Shown here one piece after another: positions 7,516-18,100 of a stretch of DNA of 55,699 nucleotides. A program made the translations under genes and the position numbers. The notes beneath the pieces were generated by a model, which was not told where the DNA came from, searched no databases, and saw only the letters and a list, made by a program, of their open reading frames with translations. How positions within the stretch are numbered: the first letter of the stretch is position 1; the number at the start of each line of letters is the position of its first letter. This stretch comes from a virus (taxonomy: Duplodnaviria; Caudoviricetes), in the IMG/VR virus record IMGVR_UViG_3300037993_000081, positions 1-55,699 of that record; one strand, given 5' to 3'.

Positions 7516-10371
7516 TTACTCTGCTTCAACATACACATCACCGAAATGCTTCAAAGCTCTTACGTCTCCCGCAATCTCGCATCGCGTCAACACAACCGCG
7601 CACGCCGTCTCGACACCAGAATCCACCAGCGGTCGCACCGAACCGTCAGAGCATCCCACCAGCGTTCCGTTCACGTTCCCGCCCTCTTCCAGCCGGTGAA
7701 TCCGCGCCGGGTACTCGTAGGCATCCACAACCCAACCCTTACCCTGAATGTCATAGACCAGCGTGCGGTAGTAGCCGTTCACGTCCAGGTAATCGTAATA
7801 CAGATAGCCGTTCGCGCACTCCATGCTCTGATACGTCGGCTTCGTGTCGTCTGGCGGGTAGACCGTGTAGGCTCCGCGAGTCACCGGCTGCGGAATCACG
7901 CCTTCGTGCGGGAAGAGATTGTAAATGTCTTCGCTGATCGACTTGGACTGTACCCCGCCCGCCGATGCGTGAATCCCGTCTTTCACGCGGAAGAAGATAT
8001 TCCCGCTCGCTTCCATCGCTAGTGCCTTCGGGATATAAAGACCACGATCAATGCTCGATTCCTGAAGCGTCCATGTCGAACCAACTGTGCCCAAAACAGT
8101 AGCGTTCGCGTTGAAGAAGTTTGGCAGAATCAGCCATGCCCGTTCTGTTGAGAACAGCACTCCGCGCCCACCGCTCATGGCTCCGTTGACCAAGGCTTCC
8201 GATGGACTGGTAACATCCATCTGGTTTGTGTCGGGAGCGGAATCGAGATTATTTCCCTTGCACCAATAAAGCGTGCCCGGTCGCAGAGGATCGCCTACAC
8301 CAAAAATAAAGTTGATGTTGTCGGTTGGGCCGAACAGGTAAGGCAACGGCTGTGCTGCCAAATCCGGCTCCGCGATCTCATAAACCAAGCCAGTTCCATC
8401 ACCCGGTACAACTACAACCTCAACTCCGCCCTCGACGGTCACGTTGCTGGCTGTCAATTGCAGCGTAGACGTTGGCCGCTTGTCCAAGGTGTAAGCGACG
8501 GTTCCGATGATGATGACGGTTCCCGGCAACCAGCGCACATTGAATTTGTCGCCAGAAACCCACGTAACCACGCCGCTCGTAACATCTACCGTCCCGGCTC
8601 TCGGCAAGTCGATAGATGGAAATGGCTGATAATTGTCGAATTGCAAAAGCGGGTTTGCCGCCACTTCAGTATCGAGCAGAGTATCGCTAAACGAGACGCT
8701 GGAGTTTGGACCCGTTCCGACGTAAGTGAAATTCAAGAGGCCAGTATCAATCCGATACCAGTCAATTTTGTCCACTTGCGGATCGGTTGAAGGTGTCGCC
8801 GTAAGCGTGTTTGCCAGTACGGAAAGGTTTTGTTCTGGAGATGCAGGAGAAGGATTGGAAGTCGCTCCAGTTTTCGATCCCCGGTAAGTGTAGCGATACT
8901 GCGCGTCGGTGATAACCTGCTGCGAAATTGGGAGGATGTTCGATGTCCCAGCGCTGACCGAGCCAGCACTGCACAAGAGTGTCAGAACAGGATAGTAGTG
9001 ATACCAGAAGTCCCAATCAATTTCAAAAGGATAGTTTCCGGCTGCGGAGAAGTTCAGAACAACCGTCGATCCGCCAAACGTACTTGCTTCGCCGAATCCG
9101 CCACCGCCGTCATGCTGATCCGGGTTGCGCGGCAGCAAGGAATAACCGTTAAGCGCGGTCTCCGTTTGGCCCGCAAATGAATTTTGACCGCCAAAAGAGC
9201 CGCTGCCGTAGCTAACCACGCTGACCTTCCCGATAGCGTTGTTTCCAATTCCCCAGATGATGTCGTCCTTGAAATAGGCGGTAAGCGTGTAGTTTCCTGC
9301 CGCTGGAACGTAGAACGTTCCTGTGATCGCGCAGCGGAAGTTTTGGTATCCACCGCCGCCAGGAGCCGGAGTAAAGAGTGGAACCGTGCCTTGAACCGCG
9401 ACTGCTTGGTACGCCACATTGCTTGCAGGAGCCGGACTGTAGGCTACGGTGATCGAGAATGTAGTGTTTGTCGGCGCTGGCGCGGCAGCGATTGTAAATA
9501 AGCCCGTGCCGATAATGACCGAATTTCCTGCCGCCAAACCGCCAAACTGCGAACCATTCACCCATGCGATATTCAGGCCCGTGGCATCAACGTTCACCGT
9601 GCCGTTGTAGGACTGGTATTCCGTCCATTGAATCGGATTCACGCCAGGGTTTCCGCCAATGTCGAACAGTAGAGAGTTCCCTGTCACCGTACCAATGGGC
9701 GGAATGCTAACCAGCACAGGGCCGCTCGCTCCAGTATCGCCAGCATTTTTCCAGATGAATTCTCCAGGGGCCGATCCGGTGTTCAGGTTGCTCCAATACT
9801 CAACCGTCACCGGCCCAAGCAAGGAAATGGCAGACGCGGACGGCACTGGAATCGACGTGATTGTGGGAGCCGCTTGCGGTTCTGCGATGCCCATTGAAAA
9901 ACAAAGGCCATCGGAGCGCACTTTAAGCATCCCGTTTGGAACTAACGTACTTCCGCTTGAAGAATCAGTGTAGACACCGGTTATCGCGGAATCTCCCACG
10001 TACATCCACGGTTGCACGCTGGCCGCTGGACGAAATGGGATCAGAGACAAAGGATTTCCACTCAATCCACTTGCGACTTGTACAGAATTTGCGTAGAGAA
10101 GACCCGCAGCGCCGCCAATCAAGACGTATCCCGCTACTGGCCCAGCCGGTGTCAGATCGTTCAGTCTGCGAAGCGAGTGGACAGAAGCTCCGAGCGTCAT
10201 GGTTGACGAATCTTCTGCTGCGCGGGCGGAAGTCCGTTCTCCGACGTAGGCGCGAACGTTTTGGGCATAAGCAAACTTACCGGGAGGCAGACCGTCAGCC
10301 GGCAGTACAGTGTTCATGCCGTGCATCCCTAGCCGTTCACCGGGTTTGTTCCGTTCGTAAGGTCTGCCCAT
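7516..10371 (-). CDS. Tail nozzle/hub protein (tubular protein B / P22 gp10-like) with PA14-like insertion
   Basis: 951 aa beta-rich protein after the adaptor; NFRCAITGTFYVPAAGNYTL..KDD..AGNYPFEIDW (~8990-9345) is PA14-like. Confidence 0.6.
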   Translation of the reverse strand: MGRPYERNKPGERLGMHGMNTVLPADGLPPGKFAYAQNVRAYVGERTSARAAEDSSTMTLGASVHSLRRLNDLTPAGPVAGYVLIGGAAGLLYANSVQVASGLSGNPLSLIPFRPAASVQPWMYVGDSAITGVYTDSSSGSTLVPNGMLKVRSDGLCFSMGIAEPQAAPTITSIPVPSASAISLLGPVTVEYWSNLNTGSAPGEFIWKNAGDTGASGPVLVSIPPIGTVTGNSLLFDIGGNPGVNPIQWTEYQSYNGTVNVDATGLNIAWVNGSQFGGLAAGNSVIIGTGLFTIAAAPAPTNTTFSITVAYSPAPASNVAYQAVAVQGTVPLFTPAPGGGGYQNFRCAITGTFYVPAAGNYTLTAYFKDDIIWGIGNNAIGKVSVVSYGSGSFGGQNSFAGQTETALNGYSLLPRNPDQHDGGGGFGEASTFGGSTVVLNFSAAGNYPFEIDWDFWYHYYPVLTLLCSAGSVSAGTSNILPISQQVITDAQYRYTYRGSKTGATSNPSPASPEQNLSVLANTLTATPSTDPQVDKIDWYRIDTGLLNFTYVGTGPNSSVSFSDTLLDTEVAANPLLQFDNYQPFPSIDLPRAGTVDVTSGVVTWVSGDKFNVRWLPGTVIIIGTVAYTLDKRPTSTLQLTASNVTVEGGVEVVVVPGDGTGLVYEIAEPDLAAQPLPYLFGPTDNINFIFGVGDPLRPGTLYWCKGNNLDSAPDTNQMDVTSPSEALVNGAMSGGRGVLFSTERAWLILPNFFNANATVLGTVGSTWTLQESSIDRGLYIPKALAMEASGNIFFRVKDGIHASAGGVQSKSISEDIYNLFPHEGVIPQPVTRGAYTVYPPDDTKPTYQSMECANGYLYYDYLDVNGYYRTLVYDIQGKGWVVDAYEYPARIHRLEEGGNVNGTLVGCSDGSVRPLVDSGVETACAVVLTRCEIAGDVRALKHFGDVYVEAE

Positions 10372-11676
10372 TTAGTCTCTCGGTTGCGCGATATTCTGTT
10401 TCTGCCCTACCTGTCCCACTACATCTCGGTATAAACCCATGTTAGCAAGGCGTTTATTCGTACTAATGGCTGCTTGAAAAAAGTTGTTCTCCAAATCTTT
10501 TGTTGATGAGAATACGGCACCCCCGCACTTAAACGTCGCCAGCATTTGAGCGTAGTCCAGAATCACGTCAAACACGTCCCGGCTGACTTGCACGTAGTCT
10601 GCATCCAAGGTCGGTATGGGAGCGTTTTGCACAAGAATTACACCCACTGTGGAAACGACTCCTACCGGGCACGGCGCTACAAAGTCCATTCCGGCCTGAA
10701 TCAGTGTTGACCACGCGGAAGCGTTGACTTCCCATTCCGGCGAAAAGGCGTCGAAATCCTTGAGTGCCGGAGTGTCAACCGGCAATCCGTTCACTGTGGC
10801 GCTTAGGAGCCAATTAGAGCGTGCCATGATTTTCAAGGCGTCTGAGTACCTTTTCAGGCAGTAATCGCCTCTGAAGTGATCTGTGGCCTCGGATTCGCGG
10901 TTTAAGAGGTCGGCCAGAGCGCCCCACTTGGCGACCCAAGCCCAGTCGTCCGGCACCCCCAAAAGCGTGCTTGCCGGTGGCGCAAAAACCAGCCCCGACT
11001 TGAGCGCGATCACATCGTAGTTTCCGGTCACAGGAACAGCCGTATCGACATCCATCGCCAAGGGCGGTTCGGTAATCACACTCCATGACGACGGCAGCGC
11101 ATGACTTTGCAAATACCCCGGCTCAAAGGCGTCAAATTGCAAGGTGTCTTCCCGGCAAAGCGTGATCGGTCCAGCCGTCGAATCAGGGATGAATCTTGCC
11201 CGAATTGGTTCCAGCGTCGAATCAGGGAAATACGTTCTGCGCTGACCGTAGGTAGAAGCCAGCGCGGGTAGCTGTGTCAGGTTGCATCCTGAGATTTGGA
11301 TCACCTCATCTCTGCGTCTCTGCAAGGCATACTGAAGGTCTGAGAGTGAGAACTGCGAGGTTCCTGTCCACGTTCCGGCTCCCGTGGGCGGCTCAAGTAA
11401 GTGAAATTGCAGGAGGGTGTAGAGGTAGGCGTCTGTCAGGGTTCGAAGGCGGAGAGAGCCGGATTGTGTGGACAGGTTGTACCACGTAACTGCGGGGTTG
11501 GTGATAAAAGAAAAGCTCTCATTGAACTGCTCTGTTAGAGCATTCCAAGTGCGGAGTGCTTCCGCAAGATAGATGCCATTCTCAGCATCCGTCCAAAACG
11601 TATTCCCAGTATCGGCAAGCCGAGCGGCAAGTGCTTGCCGAGCTTGTAAATAAGTAAGCCACGTAAACTGGGACAA
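10372..11676 (-). CDS. Head-tail adaptor-like virion protein
   Basis: N-terminal TYLQARQALAARLAD..FWTDAE..YLAEAL resembles phage adaptors; lies directly before the nozzle gene. Confidence 0.55.
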   Translation of the reverse strand: MSQFTWLTYLQARQALAARLADTGNTFWTDAENGIYLAEALRTWNALTEQFNESFSFITNPAVTWYNLSTQSGSLRLRTLTDAYLYTLLQFHLLEPPTGAGTWTGTSQFSLSDLQYALQRRRDEVIQISGCNLTQLPALASTYGQRRTYFPDSTLEPIRARFIPDSTAGPITLCREDTLQFDAFEPGYLQSHALPSSWSVITEPPLAMDVDTAVPVTGNYDVIALKSGLVFAPPASTLLGVPDDWAWVAKWGALADLLNRESEATDHFRGDYCLKRYSDALKIMARSNWLLSATVNGLPVDTPALKDFDAFSPEWEVNASAWSTLIQAGMDFVAPCPVGVVSTVGVILVQNAPIPTLDADYVQVSRDVFDVILDYAQMLATFKCGGAVFSSTKDLENNFFQAAISTNKRLANMGLYRDVVGQVGQKQNIAQPRD

Positions 11677-11679
11677 TCG

Positions 11680-11925
11680 TCACCGCTTTCGTCTTGCTTT
11701 CTTCGTGCGCCGCTTCTTTGATTGACCACTCTCCGAAAGCCCAATCGCAATCGCTTGCGCTCTCGATTTCACAACACGGCCATGCTTTGATCCGCTGTGC
11801 AAAGTCCCTTTTTTGAACTTGTGCATCTCGGTTTTCATTCTGCTACGCTTGGCCTTTTTTGACGCCTTTCTGCTCAATCTCGGCATACTCGCTAACTCCA
11901 CTTCGTTATAGAGCGGGTCGCTCAT
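11680..11925 (-). CDS. DUF6496-like small basic protein
   Basis: MHKFKKGTLHSGS..VVKSRAQAIAIGLSE motif with Lys/Arg-rich flanks. Confidence 0.75.
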   Translation of the reverse strand: MSDPLYNEVELASMPRLSRKASKKAKRSRMKTEMHKFKKGTLHSGSKHGRVVKSRAQAIAIGLSESGQSKKRRTKKARRKR

Positions 11926-12683
11926 TGTGCAAGCGCCGCCAGATCAGCTTGCAGTTGTGTAAGATTGAATCCTGAGTAGGTCTTTCCGCTCAGTTGGTTG
12001 ATCCAGTCCTGCGTAATTACGCAAAAGGCTTGGTTGCAAATTTGCTGGAAGCACGGCCATCCCATCTGCTGCAAGGCTCCCCATGTGACGCAGGTGCAAC
12101 CCTCAGAGCCGTAGCCGAAGATCGGAACAGAGTGACCGCCAAGATCGGAGCCGGAAGGATTGTCCCACGCTTCGCTGGCGTTGAACTGATCCATCATGCT
12201 CTGATAGACCTCGATGCCAAGATCGACGCCACCGAACAGCCACAAAGCCTGCTCGACTTCGGTCTGGTTCGTCTGGTCAATCTCGGCCCATGCCACGATC
12301 TTGTGAATGACTCCGCCGACCGTCATTCCGGTCTGCTGCCAGTAGTTCAAAACGTCGGCAATATTGGCCCCGTTGTCGGTCGATGGATCACGGGGAACGT
12401 ACCCAGTGATGGCGGAATAGATGGCTAGGACTTCCGTAGTCGTAGGCACTACCATCGTCCCGGTGTGCGCCGTTGCCAGCATAATCATGTGGGCAATGCA
12501 GGCGCACGTGCAGTCTCCAACCGTATCGTTCCCTTCCATTTCCCAAGGCTCTTGAACTTTGTATTCCCAGTAAACCTTGACTGGAGGCGATGGCACTGCG
12601 CCCAGATAGTCGCTGAGTTGGAGTATCGGGCCACGGAACTTCATTGGCGGTGTTGCTTTAAAGTCCATATCAGCCCTTCCCAA
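11922..12683 (-). CDS. Papain-fold cysteine peptidase
   Basis: GNDTVGDCTCA (Cys), GGHSVPIFGY (His), VTWG. Confidence 0.75.
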   Translation of the reverse strand: MGRADMDFKATPPMKFRGPILQLSDYLGAVPSPPVKVYWEYKVQEPWEMEGNDTVGDCTCACIAHMIMLATAHTGTMVVPTTTEVLAIYSAITGYVPRDPSTDNGANIADVLNYWQQTGMTVGGVIHKIVAWAEIDQTNQTEVEQALWLFGGVDLGIEVYQSMMDQFNASEAWDNPSGSDLGGHSVPIFGYGSEGCTCVTWGALQQMGWPCFQQICNQAFCVITQDWINQLSGKTYSGFNLTQLQADLAALAQ

Positions 12684-13299
12684 TCTTAGCCGCTCGCTCT
12701 TGCAGCTTCTTCAGCTTCTTCGCTTCGGCTTTCTTAATGCGGTCGATCTTAGCTGCGGTCGCGGAAACGTTGGTACCGCCACCAAAGCTGATGCCGGAGT
12801 AAAAGAAGAACCCATTGCTGCTCGCTCCCGGCAGGCTAGGCCCGAAATGCCCCCAGCCGCCCTTGAATAGCAGACTGTAGGTACCCTTACCCGTGGGATC
12901 GTAGCCAAGCCCTAAGCCCCCTAGCGCGGCAAAGCCTTGGCTCGACGGGTTGCTCCCATACTGCAACCTTCCCAATCCAGCCTCGCCCGTCAGAAACGGC
13001 ATGAACTTGCCGCAACTGAGCGACGTGTTGGCGAGTATGGGGCAGAGTGGCGAAATGTCCCAACTGTCACCGCCAAAGTAGCCGGTGTAGGAAGCTCCGG
13101 GCATGGTAATGAAATCGGCCTGAATGCGGTTGTTGGTTGTGAACTGGGTTCCAAACGTCACATCCAGCGCAGAGGTTTGGTTGTAAGGACCGCCAGTAAG
13201 GAAGCTGAGATTGACCTGGTACTGCGAAGCGTTGATCGGCGGATTCTGCGCGAAGGCCGCTACACTGAGAAGCAGAACAGCAAGAAACACGTTTTTCAT
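12670..13299 (-). CDS. Secreted, possibly outer-membrane beta-barrel protein
   Basis: Signal peptide MKNVFLAVLLLSVAAFA/Q; amphipathic Gly/aromatic strands; basic helical tail. Confidence 0.5.
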   Translation of the reverse strand: MKNVFLAVLLLSVAAFAQNPPINASQYQVNLSFLTGGPYNQTSALDVTFGTQFTTNNRIQADFITMPGASYTGYFGGDSWDISPLCPILANTSLSCGKFMPFLTGEAGLGRLQYGSNPSSQGFAALGGLGLGYDPTGKGTYSLLFKGGWGHFGPSLPGASSNGFFFYSGISFGGGTNVSATAAKIDRIKKAEAKKLKKLQERAAKIGKG

Positions 13300-13312
13300 A
13301 ATTTCTCCTTTT

Positions 13313-13726
13313 TCAATTACCACCACCAGTCCCAGAGGTGTCGCTCGTCGTAGGGTCCAGATACGTTATGGTCTGCGGTCCCTCCGCGAGCGCGTCTTGG
13401 ATTTTCACGAACAGAATATCAAACTCAGCGACCGAGTGCCCGATGAAGTCCTGCCCGATTATACTGCCAACAAGACAGCAATCCTTGGTATCCTTTGGCA
13501 AATTGCCCCAATGAATCTCAATGCCTATGTGACCAGGCACGTCGTTTACGAACGGCATCCAGCGGTCGAAGTGATCTGACCAGTCAATCGTGAGTGGATA
13601 GGTACCAGCCGAGATTGGGTTCTTCGGTTCCAGAGTGTAACATTCGTGCACGCCCCGGAAGAACATTTCCCCGAGCGTGCACTGCGTATCGGGCTGTTGT
13701 CGCTGCACCACAAGCAGGCTGTTCAT
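13313..13726 (-). CDS. DUF5675-family putative endolysin
   Basis: TLGEM..CYTLEP..ISAGTY..IEIHWGN..DTKDCCLVG; next to membrane-protein genes. Confidence 0.75.
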   Translation of the reverse strand: MNSLLVVQRQQPDTQCTLGEMFFRGVHECYTLEPKNPISAGTYPLTIDWSDHFDRWMPFVNDVPGHIGIEIHWGNLPKDTKDCCLVGSIIGQDFIGHSVAEFDILFVKIQDALAEGPQTITYLDPTTSDTSGTGGGN

Positions 13727-13998
13727 CTCGAATCAATGTTCTCCTCTTGTTTCGGAGACGGGGAGATATTGGCGTAGCTCGGCTCGTGAGACAACATAAA
13801 GCGATCCAGCCGTTCCGTTCGGGCGTCGATGGCCTGCACCTTATGCAGCATCTCGTTATGGTCATGCTCGATGAGCGTCAACCGCTTGTCGAATGCAGAC
13901 CAGCCGAGCGACAGGGCGACGATGAGTACGACGATGTTGATGACGGTGCCGATGTTGAACGCACCGTCCCACTTGATTGCCGAGCTTGTCCCGTTCAC
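13723..13998 (-). CDS. Single-TM plus coiled-coil protein (holin/lysis accessory)
   Basis: One hydrophobic segment then a heptad region; overlaps the endolysin start. Confidence 0.55.
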   Translation of the reverse strand: MNGTSSAIKWDGAFNIGTVINIVVLIVALSLGWSAFDKRLTLIEHDHNEMLHKVQAIDARTERLDRFMLSHEPSYANISPSPKQEENIDSR

Positions 13999-14010
13999 GT
14001 TTTGGCTCCC

Positions 14011-14166
14011 TTACTTGAACAATATTGACGCTACCCAAAATGCCAAGCCCGCGCTCACAAAGTTAAACCGCTGCGGCCACGGCGCTCCAACAGCGATCCA
14101 TGGGCCAAAGAACGTGCCGATTACAAACAGCACAAATGCAAAAACAAGCAATACGGTGGTAATCAT
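14011..14166 (-). CDS. 51-aa two-TM peptide, holin candidate (below ORF-track cutoff)
   Basis: MITTVLLVFAFVLFVIGTFFGPWIAVGAPWPQRFNFVSAGLAFWVASILFK with AGGAG RBS. Confidence 0.7.
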   Translation of the reverse strand: MITTVLLVFAFVLFVIGTFFGPWIAVGAPWPQRFNFVSAGLAFWVASILFK

Positions 14167-14178
14167 AGTGTTTTCTCC

Positions 14179-14322
14179 TTATTGATTCATGTACTTAAAC
14201 GGCCAAATTGAAGTGATTGCCGCCACGGGAGAGACCACGATCTTCTTCCATAGCGGAGCATCTGAGTTCCAAACTTCCGACCACGGCGACTGGTCTTTTT
14301 TAGCGTTCAGATCGTTGGTCAT
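14179..14322 (-). CDS. 47-aa hypothetical peptide (below ORF-track cutoff)
   Basis: MTNDLNAKKDQSPWSEVWNSDAPLWKKIVVSPVAAITSIWPFKYMNQ; AGGAG RBS; fills the gap exactly. Confidence 0.55.
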   Translation of the reverse strand: MTNDLNAKKDQSPWSEVWNSDAPLWKKIVVSPVAAITSIWPFKYMNQ

Positions 14323-14325
14323 CTG

Positions 14326-14766
14326 TTACTCCTTGTTAGCCGCTTGCTGCGCAGCGACTTGCAGGTTCGTGGGCGACTTGCTCGGCAACGGAGCAGGCAT
14401 CTGTGGCAAGAATCCGTTCAGGAATGGAATCTTGGTCACTGCCAGATCGACAATCGAGTCCACGGTATGCCCGAAGAAGAACGCGCACGGCCCAAACTGG
14501 GTAATTACCGACGCCACCCAGCCAAAGTTGCTCCACCCGAGGTAGTTCAAGGCGGCAGGCAGCAGTTGTGGCGTAAAACACATCCAGAAGATGGCGCTGT
14601 CGATGGCGGCACGTATCAGCAGGGGAACCCAGCACCGCTGCCAGAACTGTTTATAGTTGTTAGCGACAGGGTTCGGACCAGTGACAAGAAAGTACATACG
14701 CTTCAGCATGTATAGTCCCATGCCGACCGAGTACCAGAACCAGAGCCAGATCAGATGCGTGTTCAT
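14326..14766 (-). CDS. Multi-TM membrane protein, holin-like
   Basis: About three hydrophobic segments; AGGAG RBS before ATG 14766. Confidence 0.6.
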   Translation of the reverse strand: MNTHLIWLWFWYSVGMGLYMLKRMYFLVTGPNPVANNYKQFWQRCWVPLLIRAAIDSAIFWMCFTPQLLPAALNYLGWSNFGWVASVITQFGPCAFFFGHTVDSIVDLAVTKIPFLNGFLPQMPAPLPSKSPTNLQVAAQQAANKE

Positions 14767-14777
14767 CGCTGTTCTCC

Positions 14778-15173
14778 TTACTTCAAAATACACCCTGTTG
14801 CAACTAGGCCGCCCGTGTTTGAAATTGTGAATGTCGAGCACGTCACCGTAGTTGGAGGGCTAGAAAGCTGTGCGTAGCTGTAATCGTTAGCCGCTGCCGC
14901 AACCGCTCCCGTGCGCCCGAACACGCTCGTCACGCCACCGGCCCCGACCTTGCTCACAAGGAAGTATGCCGCTCCATTTGCCGAGACGTAATCGCCGTCA
15001 GGGTTCGATCCGTCTCCAGCAACGTTGCAGTGAATGAGAGCCTTCGCTGCCGGAGCAGGACAAGCGCTCAAGGTCGAACCGGGCGAAATGGACAGAGACG
15101 ATTGACTGTGGCTGAGCACGAGTCCAAAGGCCACGAGCAAGATCAATACCGCTGATGGGAACACAGTTTTCAT
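14778..15173 (-). CDS. Signal-peptide-bearing short fibre protein
   Basis: Sec-type leader; GVTSVFGRTGAV...DY tail-fibre motif; 4 Cys. Confidence 0.65.
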   Translation of the reverse strand: MKTVFPSAVLILLVAFGLVLSHSQSSLSISPGSTLSACPAPAAKALIHCNVAGDGSNPDGDYVSANGAAYFLVSKVGAGGVTSVFGRTGAVAAAANDYSYAQLSSPPTTVTCSTFTISNTGGLVATGCILK

Positions 15174-15183
15174 AGTCTTCTCC

Positions 15184-18100
15184 TTATCTCGTTGTCAATA
15201 ATATTACATCTCCGCGCGGATTTGGATTGCTGCCAACATCCGTCCACGTCACACAATTGTCAGTAACAGTGCCACCTAGAGTAGCACCATTGAACGCATT
15301 CCACAGAGCAGTTGGCATGTCACCAGAACCGTTCAAAGCGCTACTGACCGGGGCAACGTCGCATCCGTATGGCGAATGAGCGCTGCTGATTGCCGTAACT
15401 TGAAATACGTCTATTCCACCTTGTCCGGCCTGCGCTGCATTCGGTGGCAGCGGGTCCATTAGTTCGCCAACCAAATACGGATAGGAAGGCTGCCACGGAG
15501 GTCCGCAGAGGCAGAGCAAAGTTGCAGGCATTCCCAAGTAAGGAACATAGGTTGCTGGAAGGCTAGTAGGGGCACCTATGTTACCACCATTCGAGTACGA
15601 GCCGAACTGGTCGAACCACTCTGTCCCAAAAGCGGTGAACGTGCCATCAATTGCGCTGCTACTGACTTGCACGCTGGTCTCGAATATGTTGCTTGTGGCG
15701 TAGGCAAGGGTGTGGCCGAAACGCTTCTGCGTTCCTACGGTCGTGACCGGAGAACAGGCTGGCTGGCCAGCACCGCCGCATTGAGGCAATTGTTGATAGG
15801 CCGTAACCTCGCTCTGCCAAGCCGAATTTGCGAAAGGAAGGAATTGACTGGCGTTGTTGACCACGCCAATCAGCCATCCGGCATCGTTTTGTCCTGGATC
15901 GTAAGCGGCATCAAAGTGCCAGTCCCAAATCCCAATGATGTTGCATGGCGGAGCACCACTCGTAGTACCGTTCTGAGCATTTGTCGGATTCAGTGCAAAG
16001 ATGCCAAACACGTTCGGTTGCATCCCGTTGCCAGGATAGCCGGAGTTTGAGATTGTAGACGAGGAGCAGTTCGATCCCGTGATCGAGAAAGTGTACGGTT
16101 CCTGAGTGAATGTCGGCGGTGTCCCACAGCTACCGGAGTTTGGAGTGCAAATCAAGCAACTTCCCGAGCCACCTGTTCCGCATCTGACTGGAAGTGCGCC
16201 GTTGTTTCCAGAGACGTTGATGTTAGGGTAAGCAACGGTCATCACGCCGCTGGTTTGACCATATCCGCCCCCGGCTCCGCCATCTGACCAGACGTTTGAC
16301 TTACCAAGTGCGTAGTGTGGTACTCCAGCTTGGAAAGTTTGCAAATTGATGTAGGGATCAAAAGCGCCATTGTCCAGCGGACCGCGAGGCAGCCATTCAA
16401 AATAGTGATAGGTATTGCTGCAACTCGTACTAAGAATATCGGAATACCAAGGGGAGATGTTGATCGTTACCGCAAGTCCTGTGTACCAGACTTTCTCGTT
16501 ATGCACACCACCATAGCATTGCAAACTAGAGCCGTATCCTGTCGGTTGGCCGCTGGTCGAGCCGCCGCTGGGGTTCGTCAGAGCAAAAAATGGACTGCCG
16601 GTCGGGAAAGACGCAGAGGTCGGTGTTGACCAAGTAACGCCAGATGTGTTGCAGGCGGTGCCGCCGAGATAAGCCCCACTAGATAGGGTCGTACCGGAGC
16701 AGGTCTCGTTGGTCTGGATTCCACTTGCGGTGTTGAGCGTATAGAACGTTGGCGATCCGCTCACTGGATCAGAGGTGTCTGCCTCTATCGCCCACTGTGC
16801 CGAACCTTGACCGGCTGTATTATTCGAGGTTGTTGTCGCAGCGGTTATGTAATTTCCAGCCGCATTCGGGCCGTAGGTGTTGGTGGAAATGCTGAGTCCA
16901 AACTTCTTGTTGTCGCCACTAACTCCGGCAGTGACGTTCCAGAGATTTACCCCCGCAGCGTTGATCAAGGCTAATGTTCCCAGATTGGGGCCTGAGTTCT
17001 GCCACACCGCGCCACTATCGGTGATCGAGGTAGCGATGTCAGGGTTCACACAGGCATTTGCGCCCGACGCGCAAGCAACGTGCCCACCATTGGCATAAGG
17101 CGAAAATGTTCCACCCGCCGTCGTCCCGGCCTGTATTGCTTGCAGGACAAATGATGGTCCATTCTGACCGGACGTTCCCGTCCCGGCAACCCAGATTCCA
17201 TACCAGTGCTGATTCACGCAACTGCCGCCGGTACAGCCGCTCTCGACGACTCGGTTCCCTATGCACGGGTTCTCGGTCGGGAAACTGGCAAGGCTCGCTC
17301 CCGTCTCGCCGCCGTCGATTCCTGCCTTGTACACACAGAACCCGGTATTCGTGCTGACGCCGTCGCTGTTCGCTCCCGGCTGGATCAATGCACCCTTCGG
17401 ATAATAGGTATTTATCGCATACTGGTAAATCTCCGGGGTCGCGGTTCCCGGCAAATACATCGTGTGCTTCACGTACTGACCGAAGGTGTAGCCCGTCGAT
17501 ATGGCGTGTTCCGACACCGCGCTGCCCATCGGCAACGCATAGTAGAAATCAACTATCGGAATCGTCGTGTAGGTAAACGATCCATCTGGAACAAAAGTTG
17601 ACAAACCTACATGGGTTCCACCGAACACCACCGGTCCTGTGACGGTCGTGTTCGTTGAGTACTGGAAGTTGCTCGGCCCCCAAGCCCAGAGCCACGACGG
17701 ATTATTAAGGTCAAAGTCCGGCGACCCAAAGTTGAAGGAAGTGGTGTTAGACCCTCCAGCCGGATAGTCCGTCACGTCCATGTTCGGCGTGACTACGATA
17801 CTGGCGGATCGCGTGGCCGTACCAAAAGTGCAAGCCGCGCCGCATGTAATAACGTCTGCCGGACCGCCGAGATAAGTAGGAGCCTTGCAGAAATGGGTAC
17901 CCGTCACCGGATCGGTCCAGATAGTGGTCATCAGGGTACGAGCAACGTTCAAGAGCAGTAGGGTCGAATTGGAATTGACAAGTTGATAGAGGGAATTCCC
18001 GCCGATGCCCTCCGCAGCATTGTGGTTCAGGGCGTCTTGAAAGCTCCGGGCATCCGTGCAGCGCGTGTACGTGCTCTGGTTGTGGATACCAAGCCAGTCG

